Below, one piece after another: positions 57,495 through 64,000 of a stretch of 64,000 nt of DNA. The translations under genes and the position numbers were made by a program. How positions within the stretch are numbered: the first letter of the stretch is position 1; each line of letters opens with the position of its first letter. Source of the stretch: Octopus vulgaris (Eukaryota); contig OX597814.1 of the NCBI GenBank assembly GCA_951406725.2, forward strand, positions 210,552,001 through 210,616,000, given 5' to 3'. Under the pieces are notes generated by a model, which searched no databases, was not told the origin of the DNA, and worked only from the letters and a program-made list of their open reading frames with translations.

Positions 57495-57885
57495 AGCGGT
57501 GGGCTAGCTAAATCGTTAGCACACCAAGCAAAGTGCTTAGCAGAATTATGGTCGCCTTCACAATCAGAGATCAAGTTCCATCAAGAACGACTTTACCTTT
57601 CATCCTTTTGAGGTCAGTAAAATAAGTACCATTTGAATTCTTGGGTGAATGTAATGGATTTAACTTGTCACCCGAATCGCTGGCCTTGTGCCAAAAATTG
57701 AAACTAATATTTGCTACCTTTAAGGCGCTGGGCTGTCAGAAACCTTACTGTTCCGGAAAAAAATGCTTAGCTGCATCTCTTCCGATTTTACGGTCTGAGT
57801 AGCGTTTGAGCATTAGTGTTCTTGTAATCGACTTGCACCCTCCCTCACAATTGCTGGCCTGGTGCAAAAGTTTAAAAGCAATATT
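57495..57885 (+). mobile_element. Two old SINE family 1 copies
   Basis: GCGGTGGGCTAGC..GTTAGCAC..CTTTACCTTTCATCCTTTTGAGGTC..GCTGGCCTTGTGCCAAAA; repeated from 57724. Confidence 0.7.
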
Positions 57886-59139
57886 TCTTACTATTAAGAG
57901 AAATACTTTTCTTTTAATTATTATATTGGTGACGATATCCAGTAGAACGAAAGTAGTGCCATAATTCCCTTTCACCTTATTTTACTTCTGACACATTTCT
58001 TGCATTTTAATTAAGTCGGCTCAAAGAAACAAAAAATATATTAAAAAAACGATCGATTAAGCCTTTCCGCGATTGTTATTTGTTCTAGTCTGGACATTAT
58101 TTTAAAGTGCACATAACATTAATTAAAAGAAAAAATACATCTATCAAAACGAATTTTATCTTCTTCGGTCTTAAGGGAATAAATATACGATTCTGTTTTA
58201 TTTAGTGATTCATATTTTATTATTTATCATCGTAAATATTTTCAGACCTACTTAGATTCTATTGTCTAAAGCTAATATTTTTTCTACTCTTTGAATAAAT
58301 AAATACCTAATATATTTTGTTTTAAAATCGTAGGTTTCTCAGTAAGGTACGTGAACATTTGAAAATATTATATACGGAGTAGTACAGCCAGGGATATATG
58401 AAAACTGATAAAGGAATTACACACGCACGCACACACGCACATACATCCAAATACAGATATTTTATAGAAAAACATATCTATGTGTACGTGTGTGTATACA
58501 CACATACATATGCGTGTCTTTTTCTGTAGTTAATTACGATTGAACTGTAAATTAAAGTAGAACTAAATAATTTCAGCCGAATACGATATTCATTGATGTT
58601 TACAAGGAAAAGGTGATAGTTACTCAGGAATTTCGGCTTATTTGTGGTCGCACCCTTCTGTCGGCCTACCTAACTCACTATACATTTATTGCTCTACATA
58701 TACGAAATTTTCCTCACACACATATACTCAACACATATATCATTTGCGAACACATACACAACCACACTTCGCCCTACCCTCCTCCATGAATTTAACTTCC
58801 ACACGCACATACACACATTCGTACACGTGTATTCATAAACATGTTATCTCCATTATGCATATATAGAGAATATATGTGCGATTTCCGGCATACGCATACA
58901 TGCAAACCAATTTTCCTACATGTACATGCAGACACATTCCTCGAATAACACTCGAACTTACCTCTTCGAATTATTCTGCGACTTGAGAACCATATGCCAC
59001 ATTCTTCCTTTAAGCGAGCATATAAGCCAATATACATACGCTGATGCAAGGTTTTGGTCAGTCTGGAATTGTAGCAGGAAATCTGCCCCAAGTGACATGC
59101 AGTGGGAGTGCACACAAAACTATATGATTGGGAATAGTT

Positions 59140-59505
59140 TATGTATCGCTGAGAACTTGGTCTTCATAATAGGATAGCGGTTTCGATTCCCAGACCGGGC
59201 GTTGTGAGTGTTTATTGAGCGAAAACACCTAAAGCTCCACGAGGCTCCGGCAGGGGATGGTGGTGATCCCTGCTGTACTCTTTCACCACAACTTTCTCTC
59301 ACTCTTACTTCCTGATTCTGTTGTACCTGTATTTCAAAGAGCCGGCCTTGTCACTCACTGTGTCACGCTGTATATCCCCGAGAACTACGTTAAGGGTACA
59401 CGTGTCTGTGGAGTGCTCAGCCACTTACACGTTAATTTCACGAGCAGGCTGTTCCATTGATTCGGATCAACCGGAACCCTCGTCGTCGTAACCGACGGAG
59501 TGCTT
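59140..59505 (+). mobile_element. SINE family 3
   Basis: GGTTTCGATTCCCAGACCGGGCG..GGATCAACCGGAACCCTCGTCGTCGTAACCGACGGAGTGC. Confidence 0.88.
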
Positions 59506-60506
59506 CCACTTAAGAAGTATGACGTAGATAAAAATGTATTTTTGGAACGCAGTATGACTCACTTTTAAGATCAGAAACAAAGTTTATTTATTTCATTTTT
59601 CATTTGATTTGCTAAATTTTTAACAATCCGAATCTACTGAGTAAGCTTTGTATAGATTTTTAATGCATACTGGAGCGCGTAGTTTTTCAATATTTTGGTT
59701 TTAGTTTAACGTCATTAAGAATCTTTAATCATTATGAATACATAATATTTACAATGATTAACTTTTAAGATATCTCCGGTAGCAAGTCTAGATTTTGGAA
59801 AAAATATAATTGAATATTTAATATATTTTTCATTAAATATCAGGCTAGTTTTTGCTTTCTATATGCCATGTTTGATACTAAACATTTAGCATTTTCTATT
59901 ATATTCTATCCTTGCTTTTTGGTACTGTATTAGATGCATTCCCCATCTTTTTACCTTATTGAATATATTTCAGAAATTTACAGTTCGGTTTTCTGTACTT
60001 AGAACTTACAATGTTTTCCTTAATTCTCTATGAAAGAAACTTAGAAAGAGCGGCTTGTATTATTCTCAACTGTCCTCAGTACATGCTAATCCATGGTACT
60101 ACAAGCCGGGTAGTTATGTGGACGAAGATAGTGGAGGGTGAAGTTGTAGATATTCTCTGATAATAATTGTCTCTTTCCAGAGATACGGCAAATAGACTAA
60201 CGCTGTTGCCACATATATGGCTTTCCAGCTGCACCCCACTCCAGCATGGAGACTGCAGTCTCCAGACTTTGAATTTATGATACGTGGTTCATCACATGGA
60301 TATTACGCAAGGCACCTGCAGTGTAACTTGTCCTTGCATCATTTACAATATTCGCAATGACTCGTTGAATAGGAAACATGGTGCCGGCGTTTCGATACCC
60401 GGTGCAAAACATCATGATACAGATTGGAGATAAACTTCTTTTTTTTCTATTTGGAATTTATAACAATAATTTTCACTTAGTTATGTTGCATTAATATATT
60501 TGATAA

Positions 60507-61051
60507 GTATCTAAGGACCGCGTCGAGCTGGCAGAATCGTTAGCACGTCGGGTTTAAATGCTTAGCGGTATTTCGGCAGCTGCTACGTTGTGATTTCAAA
60601 TTCCGCCGAGGTCGACTTTGCTTTTCATCCTTTCGGGGTCGATTACATAAGTACCATTTACGCTCTGGGGTCGATATAATCGCCTTAATCCGTGTGTCTG
60701 TCATTGTTTGTCCCCTCTGTGTTTAGCTCCTTGTGGGTAGTAAAGAAATAGCCGAGGTCGACTTTGCCTATCATCCTTTCGGGGTCGATTAAATACGTAC
60801 CAGTTATGCACTGGCGTCGATATAATGAACTTAATCCATTTGTTTGTCCTCTTTGTGTTTAGCCTCTTGTGGGTAGTAAAGAAATAGTTATTCGTCTGTA
60901 TTTACTTTCTAAGTTCAAATGCCGCCGAGGTGGACTTTACCTCTCATCCTTTCAGGGTCGATAAATTAAGTACCAGTTGTGTACTGAGGTTCATCTAATC
61001 TACTGCCCCCATCCCTCAAAATTTCGAGCCTTGAGCCTAGAGGAGAAAAGA
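60507..61051 (+). mobile_element. SINE family 1 trimer with 11-bp TSD
   Basis: GCCGAGGT.GACTTT recurs at 60605, 60751 and 60924; TSD ATATTTGATAA at 60496-60506 and 61052-61062. Confidence 0.9.
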
Positions 61052-61709
61052 ATATTTGATAAATGCCCGGAATGCGCTGTAAATGTTTCCAAAACGAAAA
61101 ATATCTGTTTTTATTGTCTCTCGTGAATATCTATTAATTCGGCATCAACATGTGTAAAATTTGCGGCAGTGCTCGTGAAGTTTTGCCGAAAAGATATTTA
61201 GAATCCAACACGGCCTGAAGCTTCTCCCGTGAATTCTGGTTTGGAATATCAGGTATTGTTTGTTTTGTTGTGTTTTTTTCTCAAGGTAATATACTACTGC
61301 AGTATCTAGTAAGAAACACATAGATCTTCCATTCAATTACTCTAAGTACCTGTGCATTATTGTTTTGTCTTCCCATCATGTGACAAATTTCGATTTGTTT
61401 TTCAACACAGTTTAGTTGTTCGGAGAATTTTCACTCGACATTTCATTGCTGGTATTTTTATTGCGTGCTTTCACACAACAGAACTCATACTGAATAGTGC
61501 TATTTTCTTTATTGCATACGTATGTTTTTAGCTTTTTTAGCGTTTGAATATTTAAAAAAGAGTAATCCTTGAAGTAATTGTTATCATAGACATTATATCT
61601 ACTTTAAGTTGTGCTATTCCGTATAGATCAATATTCAAATATTTACTTTTTCATCATTTCTACATCTAGTTTAAAAATATTTTCCTTTCATTTAATATTA
61701 TAGAATTAA

Positions 61710-62095
61710 GGCGGCGAGCTGGCAGAAACGTTAGCATGGTGGTCAAAATGCTTAGCAGTATTTTGTCTGTCTTTACGTTCTGAGTTCCAGTTCTGACGAG
61801 GGCATCCGTTCAAGGTCGATAAATAAATAACAGTTGCGTACTGATGTCGACCTAATCCACGGGTCTTGTATCTAGAGTACAAAAGACTATGAAAACAATG
61901 AAAAGCTGAGCGCTGTCAAAGTGTCCACCGGCATTTTGAATGTCTGCCTGTTATGATTGAAAGTGCCGTAAAGATCGACTTTGCCCTTCATCTTTTTTAG
62001 ATTCAATAAAATAATTACCTGTCGCGCTCTGTTGGTCAGTTGAATGGACTTGCCCCTCCCCTGACATGACTGCCTTTGTGCCAAATTTGAATTCA
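61710..62095. mobile_element. SINE family 1 (61710-61885) plus a degenerate headless copy (61950-62095)
   Basis: GGCGGCGAGCTGGCAGAAACGTTAGCA head; TCGACTTTGCCCTTCATC core. Confidence 0.75.
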
Positions 62096-63529
62096 ATATT
62101 AAAACTTTGAGAAGTCTCTTTCATTATTCTTTTATAAATAGCGTCTATATTATATGAACTGAAAATTTACATTGGGGTGCTTGTGTGTAGATAACATTCT
62201 GTAGGTTTTATTTGTTGAATAATTTTTTGGACCTATCATGTCCATTACTCCTGGATTAGAAATACATCTATAGACCGGTTTAATAAAATACAGTTAAAAT
62301 ATTCAGATATGTACAATGAAATGTATTCTAGAATAAACCTCTGAATATTTACAAAGCATTCTGCTGCCTTTTTTCAATGAGGTGGCTACTTGTTACTGTA
62401 TTGGTGATTTATAGGCTTTTATGAGAGGCTATGTATGTATATATATATCATTCCAATTTTATCAGTTATTTGTTAGCCGATGAATAGGTCTTAAAAGAGA
62501 TATCCCATGCAGCATGCTAAAATTCGCACAGAATTGGTCGGAATTACCCCACGTCGATTACTTATTAACCCTACTTTCATATTTGTAATTAAAATATTGT
62601 AATGCATGTTATTAAATATAATCTCCATTTTGATATTAATTCTTATACTCCGTTGCATGTTTTGTTTCACGTTTTCTGAAGTCTTTGTTTTCTACAAAAT
62701 TCTCAATTCTTAAGTGCTGGTATATTTATTCTAATTTGTATGAAATTCTTAACTGAACCGCCATGAATAATGTTATTAACTGTTAATATCAATGTTCTCT
62801 TATCTTGCAATTAAGTGCTGTATCCTAATTCTTTACATTATAGTGCATATTTCTATAGAGAAAGTATATTTTGATAGCGTCACTGCTTATTTATTTACAG
62901 TGTATGTTATAGCAATGAGGAATATTCATACTAAACACTTTCCGTCGTTTCAAAACAGACCATCTTGAGCATTTTAACCCCCTCCTTTTCTGCCATTCCA
63001 TATTCAAAAATTGCCATCTTTAGAGTTCTATAGTCTTAAGTACATCGAATATTTCCTATAAATCATATATTTGTTTCTACTCTATTTATTCTGATCTATT
63101 CGTTAGAATTCCGTGACTTTTCATATGGTTATACATGCGTGTATTGCTTATTTGGCATGCAGATGGAAAGAGCAAAATATCGCATGGCAATCAGTTACCT
63201 AATTTCACTCACTGATGGAAAATACAAGCGTGACCGACCATCAGTTTCTTCTTCCCCTTGACGGTAAAATGAGTGTCAAACTGGTTCCCGCGTTAAATGA
63301 ATCACTTCACTGAATGAATAACGTCCGGCCCGTTTTACCTGTCATTATATGTACCCTAATATTTATGGTACAATAGCGCGAAAACGTATTAGCACCTGGC
63401 AACCTAACAGGAGTTCATACAACGCCATTAGATGATTGAAGATTAATATGTCAGTATATCTGTCTCTACTAGCCCACACGAATTCATTCTCTTTCATAAT
63501 ATCAATGATTTCACGAGAGCTTTTTCTTG

Positions 63530-63950
63530 AACTCTTTTACACGTTTCAGTCATTTGACGGTGGCCTTGCTGGAGCACAATCTTAATGTGTTTTAATCGAA
63601 GAATTCAACCCCATGACACATTCTTTTTAAGCCAAGTATTTATTCTATCGGTCTCTTTGCAGAACCACTAAGTTTCAAGGGCATAAACACACCAACATCG
63701 GTTGTCAAACGATGGAAGGTAGGGGACAAACACAGAGATAAAGACACACACACATAAATAAACACACATACATAATTACACACACATACATAAATACACG
63801 CACATACATAGACACACATATACGACGAGCACTCAATTTCCTACCAAATCCTTAAATCCACTCACAAGACTGCTCGGTCCGACGGTCTTGTAGAAGACAC
63901 ATACCCAAGGTGCCACGCAGTGGGACTGAACCCGGAACCATGTGGTAGGT
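63530..63950 (-). mobile_element. SINE family 2
   Basis: CAGTCATTTGACGGTGGCC; CACGCAGTGGGACTGAACCCGGAACCATGTGG. Confidence 0.88.
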
Positions 63951-64000
63951 GCACCAGTCTCCGATACAAACCCAGAATCTGTAATACTTTCAATATTTTG

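Larger units (their letters stand above)
60400..63450 (-). pseudogene. Decayed adhesion GPCR, copy D (SRCR - kringle - WSC - HormR - GAIN/GPS - TM1?)
   Basis: SRCR: LSICM (63156-63170), AIHACITI* (63121-63147), IGNIRCT*DYRTLK (63018-63059), LKMVC; kringle start HCYN (62906-62917); WSC QFCANF (62520-62536) and AECF (62353-62364); HormR YRCISNPGV..GP (62228-62272); NRYFSFWK (61086-61109, cf. NxxCSFW); GHLSNILMQ after removing the SINE insertion (cf. HLTNFAILM). Confidence 0.62.

Noticed and set aside
60247-60264. 18-bp perfect palindrome TGGAGACTGCAGTCTCCA
   Set aside because: One palindrome of this length in 64 kb is compatible with chance, and there is no supporting context.
59600-60400. Continuation of copy D 7TM region
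   Set aside because: Only faint hints (NIH..N, LHY), and the minus frames are not convincingly hydrophobic, so it was left out of the call.

Overview
AT-rich, microsatellite-saturated animal genomic DNA. The SINE families and composition suggest an octopus, but this is inference. No intact protein-coding gene is visible: most listed ORFs are (TA)n/(CA)n artefacts and the rest are transposon debris. Hand translation of the 'unique' sequence between repeats on the minus strand suggests at least four heavily decayed copies of an adhesion-GPCR gene in tandem, all on the minus strand (A ~280-5300, B ~12780-25300, C ~39250-52770, D ~60400-63450). Each preserves part of a shared domain order: (SRCR/CUB)n - kringle - WSC - HormR - GAIN/GPS - 7TM. 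These assignments are by-eye motif matches across stops and frameshifts and need HMM confirmation. The copies are broken up by three tRNA-derived SINE families (one apparently inserting at GGTAT, including into itself), mariner, maT, Chapaev-3-like and Helitron elements, R4/Dong and RTE LINE ends, and Penelope-like elements carrying hammerhead-ribozyme motifs, one of which looks structurally complete. Boundaries of decayed features are approximate.
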